Shown here: positions 18,978 through 29,660 of the stretch, one piece after another | How the letters are laid out: each line of letters begins with the position of its first letter | Position numbering within the stretch: position 1 is the stretch's first letter | Assembly (NCBI GenBank): GCA_947427035.1 | Contig: CANEGK010000005.1 | Coordinates: 1 to 64,000 of the forward strand | Direction: 5' to 3' | Source of the DNA: an uncultured Clostridium sp. | GTDB lineage: Bacteria; Bacillota; Clostridia; Oscillospirales; Butyricicoccaceae | Length of the DNA stretch: 64,000 bases | Made by a program: the position numbers and the translations under genes | Notes under the pieces: model-generated | The model's database searches: none | The model's input: only the letters and a program-made list of their open reading frames with translations | Told to the model about the DNA's origin: nothing

Positions 18978-19107
18978 ATTTCAGCGATTTGATTTTTCCC
19001 GGGCCTGTACCGGGAAAAATCACCTTAACCCACCGGTTTTCCGCCAAAACCGGTGACATCGCGCCGCAGTGCGGAACCTTTTTGCCGAAAACCTTGTTTT
19101 CGGCAAT

Positions 19108-19138
19108 TTCCGGCATGGCCGCTGGCCATGCCGTTTTC
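19108..19138 (+). repeat. second copy of the cggcatggccgctggccatgccgtttt hairpin
   Basis: An exact 27-nt repeat of the terminator at 18948. Three further hairpins lie between the two copies. Confidence 0.7.
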
Positions 19139-19163
19139 TTCTTCCCGCCGGGGGTACCGTTTT

Positions 19164-19183
19164 TTGTCTTTCTGTGATATACT
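19164..19183 (+). promoter_or_regulatory. putative extended -10 promoter (TGaTATACT) for the EamA gene
   Basis: A TG-N-TATACT element lies about 35 nt upstream of the TAAGGAGG RBS. The -35 is weak. Confidence 0.4.
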
Positions 19184-19220
19184 GAACTTCGTCCGTAAAC
19201 CATAAGGAGGCTGAATCTGT

Positions 19221-20168
19221 TTGAAACTCTCGAAAAAGCTGCGCGGCAACCTGCTGCTCATTTTGACCGCCTTTATCTGGGGCGTTTCCTTTGTCGCCCA
19301 ATCGGTGGGCATGGAATACGTCGGGCCTTTTACTTTTAACGCCACCCGCTTCTTTCTGGGCGGCGCCGTTCTGCTGCCCCTGGTGTGGCGCAACGCCAAA
19401 CGCGCCCGGCGGCAGAACGGCGGGCAGGCCCCCGTGCCGCTCAAAACAGTGCTGCTGGGCGGCTTTCTGTGCGGCGCCGCCCTCTTTATCGCCTCTACGC
19501 TTCAGCAGCTGGGCATTCAGACGACCTCGCCGGGCAAGGCCGGCTTCATCACTGCCCTTTACATTGTCATCGTTCCCCTGCTCGGGCTGTTTCTGAAGAA
19601 AAAGCCCCCTGTTCTTGTGTGGATCGGCGTGGCTCTGGCCGCCGCCGGCATGGCGCTTTTATGCCTGAACGAAGGGTTCAGCATTTCGCGCGGCGATACG
19701 CTCGTCTTTTTGTGCGCCGTCTGCTTTTCTTTCCATATTCTCATCATCGACCATTTTTCGCCCAAGGCCGACGGCGTCACCCTGTCCTGCATCCAGTTTT
19801 TCGTCAGCGGCTTTGCCTCGCTTGTCCTGATGCTTGTGTTTGAAACCCCCACCGCCGCGCAGATCAAAGACGCCTGGATGCCCATTGCCTATTCCGGCGT
19901 TCTGTCCTGCGGCGTGGCCTATACCCTGCAGGTTGTGGCGCAGAAGGATACGGACCCCGCCGTCGCTTCCCTGCTTTTGAGCCTGGAATCGGTCTTTGCC
20001 GTGCTGGGCGGCGGCGTACTGCTGCATCAGTGGCTCAGCGCGCGCGAAGCCCTTGGCTGTGTGCTGGTTTTTGCCGCCATCATTCTGGCGCAAATCGATC
20101 CGGCGGAGCTGCGCCGGCGCCTGAAAGGCGGGCAATCCCCTTCTCAACCGGAGTCCGGCCAGTCCTGA
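19221..20168 (+). CDS. DMT-superfamily EamA-like transporter
   Basis: A TTG start lies 10 nt after TAAGGAGG. Ten TM helices are predicted with duplicated EamA domains. Confidence 0.8.
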   Translation: MKLSKKLRGNLLLILTAFIWGVSFVAQSVGMEYVGPFTFNATRFFLGGAVLLPLVWRNAKRARRQNGGQAPVPLKTVLLGGFLCGAALFIASTLQQLGIQTTSPGKAGFITALYIVIVPLLGLFLKKKPPVLVWIGVALAAAGMALLCLNEGFSISRGDTLVFLCAVCFSFHILIIDHFSPKADGVTLSCIQFFVSGFASLVLMLVFETPTAAQIKDAWMPIAYSGVLSCGVAYTLQVVAQKDTDPAVASLLLSLESVFAVLGGGVLLHQWLSAREALGCVLVFAAIILAQIDPAELRRRLKGGQSPSQPESGQS

Positions 20169-20198
20169 AAACGGCTTGCGCCCTGCACAAAACAGAAC

Positions 20199-20232
20199 CC
20201 CTTCGGCTGTGCCGAAGGGGTTTTATGCATTG
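20199..20232. terminator. bidirectional terminator
   Basis: aaccccttcggctgtgccgaaggggtttt. Confidence 0.7.
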
Positions 20233-20235
20233 CTT

Positions 20236-21387
20236 CTATTTGACCAGCGCCTGTGCCAGCGCCTGAAGCTGCTGCACATCGCTGTCCTTGACCGCGCCGC
20301 GCAGGGTGACAACCGGCTCGAGCACGGTGATTTCTTTCATCTGCGACAAAATTTCTTTCATCGTGCGGGCCGACGAGGGGGCCCACGAACCGTTTTCGAT
20401 CAGGGCCACAGTGCGCTTCTGATAATTTTTCCCCTTGAGGTGGTGCAAAAACTTATCCATAAAGGGCATGACCCCGCCGTCGTAAGACGATGCCGCCAAA
20501 ACGACCTTTCCGAACTCAAACGCGCCTTCGACGGCCTCGGCCATGTCGCCGCGCGCCAGGTCGATCATTTCCACTTCAGGGCAGCCGGCGCTTTTCAGCA
20601 GTTCGGCCAGTTTGTGCGCAGCCTGCGCCGTGTTGCCATGCAGGCTGGCATAGGCGATAAAGACGCCTTCGCTTTCAACGCTGTAACTGCTCCAGATGTC
20701 GTACTTTTCCAGATAATAGCCGAGGTTCTCTTTGAGCACCGGGCCGTGCAGCGGGCAGATGATTTGAATATCGAGCGCCGCCGCCTTTTTCAGCAGCGCC
20801 TGCACCTGCCCGCCGTATTTGCCGACGATGTTGAAGTAATAGCGCCGCGCTTCGCACGCCCAGTCCTCGTCGGCGTCCAGCGCGCCGAACTTGCCGAAGC
20901 CGTCGGCGCTGAACAGCGCCTTGTCGCAGCTGTCGTAGCTGACCATGACCTCGGGCCAGTGAACCATGGGCGCCATGACAAAGGTCAGCTCGTGTTTGCC
21001 CAGCTTGAGGGTGTCGCCGTCTTTCACGGTGACGGCGTCCTTGAGATCCAGCTCGAAATACTGCGCCAGCATGGGGAAGGTTTTGGCGTTGCCCACCAGT
21101 TTGACGCCGGGGTATTTGTCCACCAGCGCTTTGACGCTGGCCGCATGATCCGGCTCGACGTGCGACACAACAAGATAATCGGGCTTTCTTCCCTGCAAAG
21201 CCTGTTCGAGATTGTCCAGAAACTGCGCGGTGGCGCGTTTGTCCACCGTGTCCATCACGGCGATTTTCTCGTCCATGATGACGTACGAGTTGTAGGAAAC
21301 CCCGTTGGGGACGACATACTGCCCCTCGAACAGATCGATGGTTTTATCGTCAACGCCGATGTACCGGATATCCTTTGTAATGGTCAT
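20236..21387 (-). CDS. fprA: flavodiiron protein (FprA/rubredoxin:oxygen oxidoreductase; metallo-beta-lactamase plus flavodoxin domains)
   Basis: The VVSHVEPDHAASV di-iron site in a beta-lactamase-like domain and a C-terminal flavodoxin domain. The start was re-placed at MTITKD, after AGGAGG. Confidence 0.85.
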   Translation of the reverse strand: MTITKDIRYIGVDDKTIDLFEGQYVVPNGVSYNSYVIMDEKIAVMDTVDKRATAQFLDNLEQALQGRKPDYLVVSHVEPDHAASVKALVDKYPGVKLVGNAKTFPMLAQYFELDLKDAVTVKDGDTLKLGKHELTFVMAPMVHWPEVMVSYDSCDKALFSADGFGKFGALDADEDWACEARRYYFNIVGKYGGQVQALLKKAAALDIQIICPLHGPVLKENLGYYLEKYDIWSSYSVESEGVFIAYASLHGNTAQAAHKLAELLKSAGCPEVEMIDLARGDMAEAVEGAFEFGKVVLAASSYDGGVMPFMDKFLHHLKGKNYQKRTVALIENGSWAPSSARTMKEILSQMKEITVLEPVVTLRGAVKDSDVQQLQALAQALVK

Positions 21388-21511
21388 AAACATCCTCCTG
21401 TACTTTTCATTTACACGACTGATTATAACACAGCCGCCGCGGACCTGCCAGTCCCCCGGCCATAAAAATGGCGATGGGCCTTTTCTGCCCATCGCCATTC
21501 TGCCGGTTTAA

Positions 21512-22516
21512 TTACTTGCGGTAAGCCCGCAGCTCTTCGACAAGGGCGGGGACGACCTTCAGCACGTCGCCGACAATGCCGTAATCGGCCACTTCAAAAA
21601 TCGGGGCCGTTTCGTCTTTGTTGATGGCGACGATATAGTCGGAATCTTCCATGCCGGCCAAATGCTGAATGGCGCCCGAAATACCGCAGGCGATATACAG
21701 CGTGGGCCGGACGGTCTTGCCCGTCTGGCCGACCTGGCGGTCTTTTGCAATCCACCCGGCGTCGACGGCCGCGCGCGACGCGGACACCGTGCCGCCCAGC
21801 TCTTCAGCCAGCTCTTCCAGCAGCTTGAAGTTGGCGGGACCGCCCATGCCGCGGCCGCCCGAAACCAGAATCTTGGCGTCCTGGATGTCGACCGTTTCGG
21901 CAATGGCCTTGACGACTTCCAGAATCTCGACGTTCTTCGCTTCGGCGGGCACTGCCCAATCCAGGTTGACGACTTCGCCCTTCCGCGCGCTGTCGGCCGG
22001 AATGCGCTGCATAACGCCGGGGCGGACGGTGGCCATCTGCGGCCGGTGCTCCGGGCACAGAATGGTGGCCATGATGTTGCCGCCAAAAGCCGGACGGGTC
22101 ATCATCAGGTTGCCGCTTTCTTCCTGAATATCGAGTCCCGTGCAGTCGGCCGTCAGGCCGGTATGTACGCGGGCCGAAACGCGGGGCGCCAGGTCGCGGC
22201 CGATGGCCGTCGCCGGGGTCAGAACGATTTCCGGCTTGAACTCGTTTACGATTTTGGCCATGGCCCAGGCATACGGCTCGGTCATATAGGTTTCAAGCTC
22301 GGGCTTGTCAAGAACGAGGACGCGGTCAGCGCCCGCGGCAATCAGCTCGCCGGTCAGGCCGCTCACTCCGCTGCCCAGCAAAACGGCCGTGACCTGCGTC
22401 CCGCGGGTCTGCGCCAGCTCGTGCGCTTTGCCGAGCAGCTCGAAAGCGACGCCGGCGACAATGCCGTCGACCTGCTGGGCGAAGACAAAGACGCCCTTAA
22501 AATCACTGATGTTCAT
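21512..22516 (-). CDS. etfA: electron transfer flavoprotein alpha subunit
   Basis: An FAD-binding C-terminal domain with the PTLYIACGISGAIQHLAG motif. Confidence 0.95.
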   Translation of the reverse strand: MNISDFKGVFVFAQQVDGIVAGVAFELLGKAHELAQTRGTQVTAVLLGSGVSGLTGELIAAGADRVLVLDKPELETYMTEPYAWAMAKIVNEFKPEIVLTPATAIGRDLAPRVSARVHTGLTADCTGLDIQEESGNLMMTRPAFGGNIMATILCPEHRPQMATVRPGVMQRIPADSARKGEVVNLDWAVPAEAKNVEILEVVKAIAETVDIQDAKILVSGGRGMGGPANFKLLEELAEELGGTVSASRAAVDAGWIAKDRQVGQTGKTVRPTLYIACGISGAIQHLAGMEDSDYIVAINKDETAPIFEVADYGIVGDVLKVVPALVEELRAYRK

Positions 22517-22530
22517 CTTTCTCCGCCTCC

Positions 22531-23313
22531 TTAAATAATGTGCTTTTCAGCAAGATGCGCGACGATGGCCTGTGCGCCCTCGCGCGGGTCGAGCTTTTCA
22601 ACCGTACCGGCGGCCTTGGGGGTCTTGGTAAAGGATTTGAATACGCGGGTGGGCGAACCGGCCAGACCGATGTTGTCGTCGCTGATGTCGAGATCGGGAC
22701 GGGTGAAAATGGTGACCTTTTTCTCGCGGAACGCGTCAAAGATGCCGCCCGGCGTCATATAACGCGGGGTGTTGAGCTCGCTCAGCGCCGTGATCAGGCA
22801 GGGCAGTTTGGCGCGGATGGTGTGATAGCGGTCCTCGTACTGGCGCTTGACGACGACGCTGTCGCCCTCGAGCTTGATGTCCTCGGCATAGCTGATGTGC
22901 GCCAGACCCAGGTGCTCGGCAATCTGCGGGCCGACCTGGGCGGTGTCGCCGTCGATGGCCTGCCGGCCGGTGATGATCAGGTCATAGGGCAGCTTTTTGA
23001 TGGCGGCCGCCAGGGTCGACGAGGTCGCCCAGGTGTCGGCGCCGCCGAAGGCGCGGTCGGTGATGAGCACGGCTTCGTCCGCGCCCATGGCCAGCGCTTC
23101 ACGCAGCGCCAGGTCGGCCTGCGGCGGGCCCATGCTGACGACAGTAACGTGCGCGCCTGTCTGATCCTTCAGGCACAAAGCAGCTTCCAGCCCGGCCTTG
23201 TCGTCGGGGTTGATGATGGACGGCACGCCGTCGCGGATCAGGGTGCCGGTCACGGGGTCGAGACGCACTTCCGTTGTATCGGGCACCTGTTTGATGCAAA
23301 CGATAATGTTCAT
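22531..23313 (-). CDS. etfB: electron transfer flavoprotein beta subunit
   Basis: The N-terminal sequence MNIIVCIKQVPDT is typical of EtfB. Confidence 0.95.
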   Translation of the reverse strand: MNIIVCIKQVPDTTEVRLDPVTGTLIRDGVPSIINPDDKAGLEAALCLKDQTGAHVTVVSMGPPQADLALREALAMGADEAVLITDRAFGGADTWATSSTLAAAIKKLPYDLIITGRQAIDGDTAQVGPQIAEHLGLAHISYAEDIKLEGDSVVVKRQYEDRYHTIRAKLPCLITALSELNTPRYMTPGGIFDAFREKKVTIFTRPDLDISDDNIGLAGSPTRVFKSFTKTPKAAGTVEKLDPREGAQAIVAHLAEKHII

Positions 23314-23328
23314 GTCCTGTCTCCTCCC

Positions 23329-24462
23329 TTACAGCGTGCCGGCGATGACCATGCGCTGGACCTCGCTGGTGCCCTCGTAGATTTCGGTGATCTTGGCGTC
23401 GCGCATCATGCGCTCGACCGGGTATTCGCGGGTGTAGCCGTAGCCGCCGAAGAGCTGTACGCACTTGGTCGTCACTTCCATGGCGGTCTCCGCCGCGAAG
23501 AGCTTGGCCATAGCGGCTTCTTCCGAAAAACGCTTCTTGGTGTCTTTGGCCATGGCGGCGCGGTAAACGAGCAGCCGCGCGGCCTCGATGCGGGTCTTGA
23601 GATCGGCCAGGGTGAACTGGGTGTTCTGGAACTTCATGATGGGCCGGCCGAACTGCTTGCGCTCTTTGACGTATTTGACGGTCTCGTCAAACGCGCCCTG
23701 CGCCAGGCCGAGCGCCTGGGCCGCGATGCCGATGCGGCCGCCGTCCAGCGTCTGCATGGCGATGCCGAAGCCCTTGCCCTCTTGTCCCAGCAGGTTTTCG
23801 GCGGGGACGATGCAGTTTTCAAAGATCAGCTCGGTCGTCGAGCTGCCGCGAATACCCATTTTCTTTTCCTTGGTGCCGATGGAAAAGCCCGGGAAGTCCT
23901 TTTCGACGATAAAGGCCGAAATGCCCTTGGTGCCCTTGGATTTGTCGGTCATGGCAAAGATGATGTACACGTCGGCCTGGCCACCGTTGGTGATAAAGAT
24001 TTTGCTGCCGTTCAAAACGTAGTGATCGCCCTGCTTTTCAGCGCGGGTCTGCTGGCCCGAAGCATCGGTGCCGGCGCCCGGCTCGGTCAGGCCGAAAGCG
24101 CCCAGTTTTTCGCCCTTTGCCAGCGGGACAAGGTATTTCTGAATCTGCTCGGGGGTGCCGAACTGCTTGATGGGGTTTGTGCCGAGCGACGTATGCGCCG
24201 ACACGATGACGCCCGTCGTGCCGCAGACGCGCGACAGCTCTTCAACGCACATGATGTAGGTCAGTGTGTCGCAGCCCTGACCGCCGACCTCGCGGGGGAA
24301 GGGGATGCCCAGGAACCCGTATTTCTTCAATTTTTCCACCGTTTCACGGGGGAAGCGTTCGGTTTCGTCCACCTCTTGCGCCAGGGGCTTGACCTCTGTT
24401 TCAGCGAACTTGCGGAACAGTTCGCGCGCCATGACGTGCTCTTTCGACAGAGCAAAGTCCAT
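23329..24462 (-). CDS. bcd: butyryl-CoA dehydrogenase (short-chain acyl-CoA dehydrogenase)
   Basis: Acyl-CoA dehydrogenase signatures (GAFGLTEPGAGTDA; QLFGGYGY). It is adjacent to etfBA. Confidence 0.95.
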   Translation of the reverse strand: MDFALSKEHVMARELFRKFAETEVKPLAQEVDETERFPRETVEKLKKYGFLGIPFPREVGGQGCDTLTYIMCVEELSRVCGTTGVIVSAHTSLGTNPIKQFGTPEQIQKYLVPLAKGEKLGAFGLTEPGAGTDASGQQTRAEKQGDHYVLNGSKIFITNGGQADVYIIFAMTDKSKGTKGISAFIVEKDFPGFSIGTKEKKMGIRGSSTTELIFENCIVPAENLLGQEGKGFGIAMQTLDGGRIGIAAQALGLAQGAFDETVKYVKERKQFGRPIMKFQNTQFTLADLKTRIEAARLLVYRAAMAKDTKKRFSEEAAMAKLFAAETAMEVTTKCVQLFGGYGYTREYPVERMMRDAKITEIYEGTSEVQRMVIAGTL

Positions 24463-24480
24463 GCTAGTCCCTCCCTTTAT

Positions 24481-25317
<837 letters not shown>

Positions 25318-25364
25318 GTCTTCTTTCCTCCAAGTCTCTTGTTTATGTCCTGACAAGTGCTGAT

Positions 25365-26141
25365 TCAGCGGTTTTTAAAGCTCTCGACCTTGCGCTTTTC
25401 CAAAAAGGCCTGCATTCCCTCGCGCTGGTCTTCCGTTTCAAAGCAGCTTCCGAACAGCTTTTCTTCGATGACGACAGCGCTGTCCATATCGACCTGCATT
25501 CCTTCATTGATGGCTTTTTTGCAGGCGCGCACGGCGATGGGGGCGTTTTTGGCGATGCCGGCGGCCATTTTTTTCGCGGCGGGCAGCAGCTCTTCCTGCG
25601 GGTAGACGGCGTTGACCAGTCCGACGCGCAGGGCCTCGTCCGCCTTGATGTTGCGGGCGCCGTAAATCATCTCTTTCGCCTTGCCCAGTCCGACGACGCG
25701 CGGCAGACGCTGCGTGCCGCCAAAGCCCGGTGTGATGCCCAGACCGACTTCGGGCTGGCCGAACACCGCGTTGTCCGAGCACAGGCGGATATCGCAGCTC
25801 AGCGCAATTTCGCAGCCGCCGCCCAGCGCAAAGCCGTTGACCGCAGCGATGACGGGGATAGGCAGTGTTTCGATGAGCCGGAACAGGTCGTTGCCCTTTT
25901 TGCCCAAAGCCTCGCCTTCCGCCTTGCTCAGCGTGCTCATTTCACCGATGTCCGCGCCGGCGACAAAGCTCTTTTCCCCCGCGCCGGTCAAAACGACGCA
26001 GCGGACCGTTTCCAGATCAATGGCTTCGAAGGTCTGGCGCAGCTCGTCGAGCACGGCGCTGTTGAGCGCGTTGAGCGCCTTGGGGCGGTTGACGGTGACG
26101 ACGGCCGTTGCGCCGTCCTGCTCGTACAGTACGTATTCCAT
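25365..26141 (-). CDS. crt: short-chain enoyl-CoA hydratase (crotonase)
   Basis: A crotonase fold with catalytic Glu residues ([11 protein letters not shown]; FGQPEVGLG). Confidence 0.95.
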   Translation of the reverse strand: MEYVLYEQDGATAVVTVNRPKALNALNSAVLDELRQTFEAIDLETVRCVVLTGAGEKSFVAGADIGEMSTLSKAEGEALGKKGNDLFRLIETLPIPVIAAVNGFALGGGCEIALSCDIRLCSDNAVFGQPEVGLGITPGFGGTQRLPRVVGLGKAKEMIYGARNIKADEALRVGLVNAVYPQEELLPAAKKMAAGIAKNAPIAVRACKKAINEGMQVDMDSAVVIEEKLFGSCFETEDQREGMQAFLEKRKVESFKNR

Positions 26142-26153
26142 AAAACTTCCTCC

Positions 26154-27335
26154 TTACTCGCGCTCGACAACGGTGGCGCAGCCCATACCGCCGCCGATGC
26201 ACAGCGTGGCCAGGCCGCGTTTGCTGCCGCGCTTCTGCATTTCATGCAGCAAGGTGACCAGAATACGGCAGCCCGAAGCGCCGACCGGGTGCCCCAGCGC
26301 GATAGCGCCGCCGTTGACGTTGACCTTTGCCATGTCAAACCCGAGATCGCGCGCCACGGCAACGGACTGCGCGGCGAACGCCTCGTTGGCCTCGATGAGA
26401 TCGAAGTCGTTTATGCTCAGGCCGGTTTTTGCCAGCACCTTCCGGGTGGCGGCGATCGGTCCGGTGCCCATAATGGCAGGGTCGACGCCGCCCAGCGCGC
26501 CGGCGACCCATACGGCCATCGGCTTGACGCCCAGCTCTTTGGCCTTTTCCTCACTCATAACGACGACGGCCGCCGCCCCGTCGTTGATCGATGAGGCATT
26601 GCCGGCGGTGACCACGCCGCCCTGTTTAAAGGCAGGACGCAGACGGGCCAGCCCTTCCAGCGTCGTGCCGGGGCGCGGGCCCTCGTCGGTATCTACAACG
26701 ATTGTCTCTTTTTTCTTTTTGACCTCGATGGGGACGATTTCGTCTTTAAACCGCCCGCTTTCGCGCGCGGCGCAGGCCTTATTCTGGCTGTCTACCGCAA
26801 AGCTGTCCAGCTCTTCGCGGGTCAGTCCCCATTTTTCCGCCACATTCTCGGCGGTAATGCCCATGTGGTAGTCGTTAAAAGCGTCCCACAGGGCGTCATG
26901 CACCATGGCGTCGACCAGTTTTCCGTCGTTCATGCGGTAGCCGTAGCGGCCGTTCTGCACCAGATACGGTCCCTGCGACATATTTTCCATGCCGCCGGCG
27001 ACGACAATGTCGGCTTCGCCGCATTCGATCAGCCGCGCCGCCGTGTTGACGCTTTCCAAGCCCGAGCCGCAGACGACGTTAAGGGTGATGGCCGGCGTTT
27101 CGACCGGCAGACCGGCCTTAATGGAAGCCTGCCGCGTGACGTTCTGCCCAAGGCCGGCCTGAATGACACAGCCCATGTAAACCTGATCCACCTGTTCGGG
27201 CTTCACTCCCGCCCGCTCCAATGCAGAACGGATGACGGCAGCTCCGAGATCGGCGGCAGGCACTGTGCTCAAAGCGCCACCCATACTGCCGACTGCGGTG
27301 CGGCAGGCACCTGCCAAAACAACTTTTTTGGACAT
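26154..27335 (-). CDS. thl: acetyl-CoA C-acetyltransferase (thiolase)
   Basis: The Cys-88-like active site (AVGSMGG...NQ) and the C-terminal GGGMG..CIGGG. The start was re-placed after AAAGGAG. Confidence 0.95.
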   Translation of the reverse strand: MSKKVVLAGACRTAVGSMGGALSTVPAADLGAAVIRSALERAGVKPEQVDQVYMGCVIQAGLGQNVTRQASIKAGLPVETPAITLNVVCGSGLESVNTAARLIECGEADIVVAGGMENMSQGPYLVQNGRYGYRMNDGKLVDAMVHDALWDAFNDYHMGITAENVAEKWGLTREELDSFAVDSQNKACAARESGRFKDEIVPIEVKKKKETIVVDTDEGPRPGTTLEGLARLRPAFKQGGVVTAGNASSINDGAAAVVVMSEEKAKELGVKPMAVWVAGALGGVDPAIMGTGPIAATRKVLAKTGLSINDFDLIEANEAFAAQSVAVARDLGFDMAKVNVNGGAIALGHPVGASGCRILVTLLHEMQKRGSKRGLATLCIGGGMGCATVVERE

Positions 27336-27420
27336 GCTGATTTCTCCTTTTCTGTTTTTTAGTGCCGCGGGCATAACAGCACCGTGGTCTGTTTCATAGG
27401 CTCCGCGGGAGCCTTCTCCT

Positions 27421-27452
27421 TTCAGTGTACTCTTTTTTGGAGCAATGTCAAA
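27421..27452 (-). promoter_or_regulatory. putative promoter of the thl operon (TTGACA-16-TACACT) with an upstream AT-rich region carrying direct ATTGATA repeats
   Basis: This is the minus-strand reading, about 100 nt upstream of the thl start codon. Confidence 0.4.
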
Positions 27453-27503
27453 CAATTATCAATATTTTTTTATCAATTTTTTATTGGGGCTTTCGCAGAC
27501 AGG

Positions 27504-27833
27504 CTACAGCCCGTAATGAATGACGTATTTACCTTCCTTTTTTGCTGTCTGCAAAAGCTTTTTCAGGCCGTCAAAGGCCGGAATTGCTTCTATACTATGC
27601 AGCATCTTGTCAAGAGAGTCGGGCGGAATCAGATTAATGCCGCAGTAGTCCAGCCCTTTCCCCAGCGTGTCCAGCGTGTGCCAAAAGCAGTCCATGTCCG
27701 CAAGTTCCGGCATCACCGGTTCCACCCAGTCGTCGTCGACGGCGATACAGCGGTACTTCTCCGGCTGGTACTCGTCGTAGCGTTCGCCCGGCCGGGGCGC
27801 GCGATCCATGATTCCGAATTCATGTGTTGCCAT
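27504..27833 (-). CDS. hypothetical small acidic protein
   Basis: The ORF has an RBS. No family was recognised. Confidence 0.4.
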   Translation of the reverse strand: MATHEFGIMDRAPRPGERYDEYQPEKYRCIAVDDDWVEPVMPELADMDCFWHTLDTLGKGLDYCGINLIPPDSLDKMLHSIEAIPAFDGLKKLLQTAKKEGKYVIHYGL

Positions 27834-27911
27834 ATTTTCTCCGTCCAAGGTTAAAAAGAGCGTGATGCGGCTTGTTTTCCGCCCAACGCCCTTTTTTGGT
27901 GGTGTACTAAT

Positions 27912-29351
27912 TTATACCCGGATTTCGGCGACAGCCGCCGCGCTCTGATATTTGTCCAGGACAGGCTGTACCTGCCCGCGCAGGAAGTCCTCGGTCTGCA
28001 TGGGGGCGCAGCCGACGAAATCGCGCGGGTTCATGTGCTTTTCCAGCTCTTCACGGCTGACGCCGAAAGCGGGGTCGGCCGCGATGCGATCGAGCAGGTC
28101 GTTGTCGCCGCCCTCCATTTTGACGACGCGGCCGGCCTCCATCGAATGGATGCGGATGCGCTCGTGCAGCTCCTGCCGGTCGCCGCCGCGCTTGACGGCG
28201 TCCATCATGATGTTCTCCGTCGCCATAAAGGGCAGCTCGGCGCGCAGATGCTTTTCGATGACTTTCGGGTACACGACCAGCCCCGACGCGACATTGAAAT
28301 ACAGGCTCAGGATGGCGTCGCAGGCCAAAAAGGCTTCGGCCACGGCGATGCGCTTGTTGGCGCTGTCGTCCAGCGTGCGCTCGAACCATTGTGTCGCCGC
28401 CGTGACAGCGGGGTTCTGTGCGTCGACGATCAGGTAGCGCGCCAGCGAGGCGATTCGCTCGCTGCGCATGGGGTTGCGCTTGTAGGCCATAGCCGACGAG
28501 CCGATCTGCGTCTTTTCAAAAGGCTCTTCGATTTCTTTCAGGTGGGCGAGCAGGCGGATATCGTTGGAAAACTTGTGGGCGCTCTGCGCAATCTGCGCCA
28601 GCAGGTTGACGACGCGGCTGTCCGTCTTGCGCGAATAGGTCTGGCCCGAAACGGGAACCGGGCGCTCAAAGCCCATTTTCTGCGCCACCAGGCGGTCAAG
28701 CGCCTTGACCTTCTGATAATCGCCGTCAAACAGCTCCAAAAAGCTGGCCTGTGTGCCCGTTGTCCCCTTGACGCCGCGGGGCAGCAGCGACCCGAGCACA
28801 AACTCCAGCTCTTCCAAATCGAGCAGCAAATCGTTCATCCACAGCGTGGCGCGTTTGCCGACCGTCGTCGGCTGCGCCGGCTGAAAATGGGTGAAGCCCA
28901 GCGTCGGCAAATCTTTATACTCGGCTGCGAAGCCGGCCAGCACGCGCAGCACGGCGACCAGCCTGTCGCGCACCAGCAGCAGCGCTTCGCGCATAATCAG
29001 AATATCGGTGTTGTCGCCGACAAAGCAGGATGTCGCGCCCAGGTGAATGATGGGCATGGCTTTGGGACATGCCTCGCCAAAGGTATGGACATGGGCCATC
29101 ACATCGTGCCGCAGGCGCTTTTCGTGCCGCGCCGCCGCTTCAAAGTCGATGTCGTCCAAGTGGGCGCGCATTTCGTCCAGCTGCTCGTCGGTGATGTTCA
29201 GCCCCAGCTCCTTTTCGCTTTCGGCCAGCAGAAGCCACAGACGGCGCCAGGTTGAAAATTTATATTGTGCTGAAAACAGACGCTGCATTTCGTCGCTGGC
29301 ATAGCGCGACGAGAGCGGCGACTGGTAGCGCAGGTTCTGATTCTGTTCCAT
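27912..29351 (-). CDS. purB: adenylosuccinate lyase
   Basis: The fumarate-lyase signature [11 protein letters not shown]. The start was re-placed at MEQNQNLRY. Confidence 0.9.
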   Translation of the reverse strand: MEQNQNLRYQSPLSSRYASDEMQRLFSAQYKFSTWRRLWLLLAESEKELGLNITDEQLDEMRAHLDDIDFEAAARHEKRLRHDVMAHVHTFGEACPKAMPIIHLGATSCFVGDNTDILIMREALLLVRDRLVAVLRVLAGFAAEYKDLPTLGFTHFQPAQPTTVGKRATLWMNDLLLDLEELEFVLGSLLPRGVKGTTGTQASFLELFDGDYQKVKALDRLVAQKMGFERPVPVSGQTYSRKTDSRVVNLLAQIAQSAHKFSNDIRLLAHLKEIEEPFEKTQIGSSAMAYKRNPMRSERIASLARYLIVDAQNPAVTAATQWFERTLDDSANKRIAVAEAFLACDAILSLYFNVASGLVVYPKVIEKHLRAELPFMATENIMMDAVKRGGDRQELHERIRIHSMEAGRVVKMEGGDNDLLDRIAADPAFGVSREELEKHMNPRDFVGCAPMQTEDFLRGQVQPVLDKYQSAAAVAEIRV

Positions 29352-29471
29352 TTTCATCGTCCCCCAAAGCTTTTTTTCCATTTTACACTAAATCCGGGCG
29401 GAATGCAATGCGCTTGACTTGCCTTTCGGCGCTTGTTATACTGTTGGCATCCGCTTGTAAAGGAGTTCGCT

Positions 29472-29591
29472 GTGGGAAAGAAAATTTTGCGCGCGCTGAA
29501 AATTATCGGCGTTATCCTTGTCATTCTGGCCGTTCTCGGCGGCCTGTTTATTCTGCTGTGCGAATGGCCCGTTTACCAGGAAATTTAGGCT
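29472..29591 (+). CDS. putative 39-aa hydrophobic micro-protein (not in the ORF track)
   Basis: A GTG start lies 7 nt after AAAGGAG. The sequence is MGKKILRALKIIGVILVILAVLGGLFILLCEWPVYQEI, a single TM helix. A terminator follows. Confidence 0.3.
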
Positions 29592-29613
29592 GCCCGAAAG
29601 GCTGTAAACAGAG

Positions 29614-29660
29614 CGCGGCCCGGACGCTTTCAAGGCGTACCGGGCCGCGGTTTTCCTTTT
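29614..29660. terminator. bidirectional terminator
   Basis: gcggcccgg...ccgggccgc followed by ggttttcctttttatt. Confidence 0.65.

Noticed and set aside
28035-29255. 406-aa plus-strand ORF
   Set aside because: It is antisense to purB.
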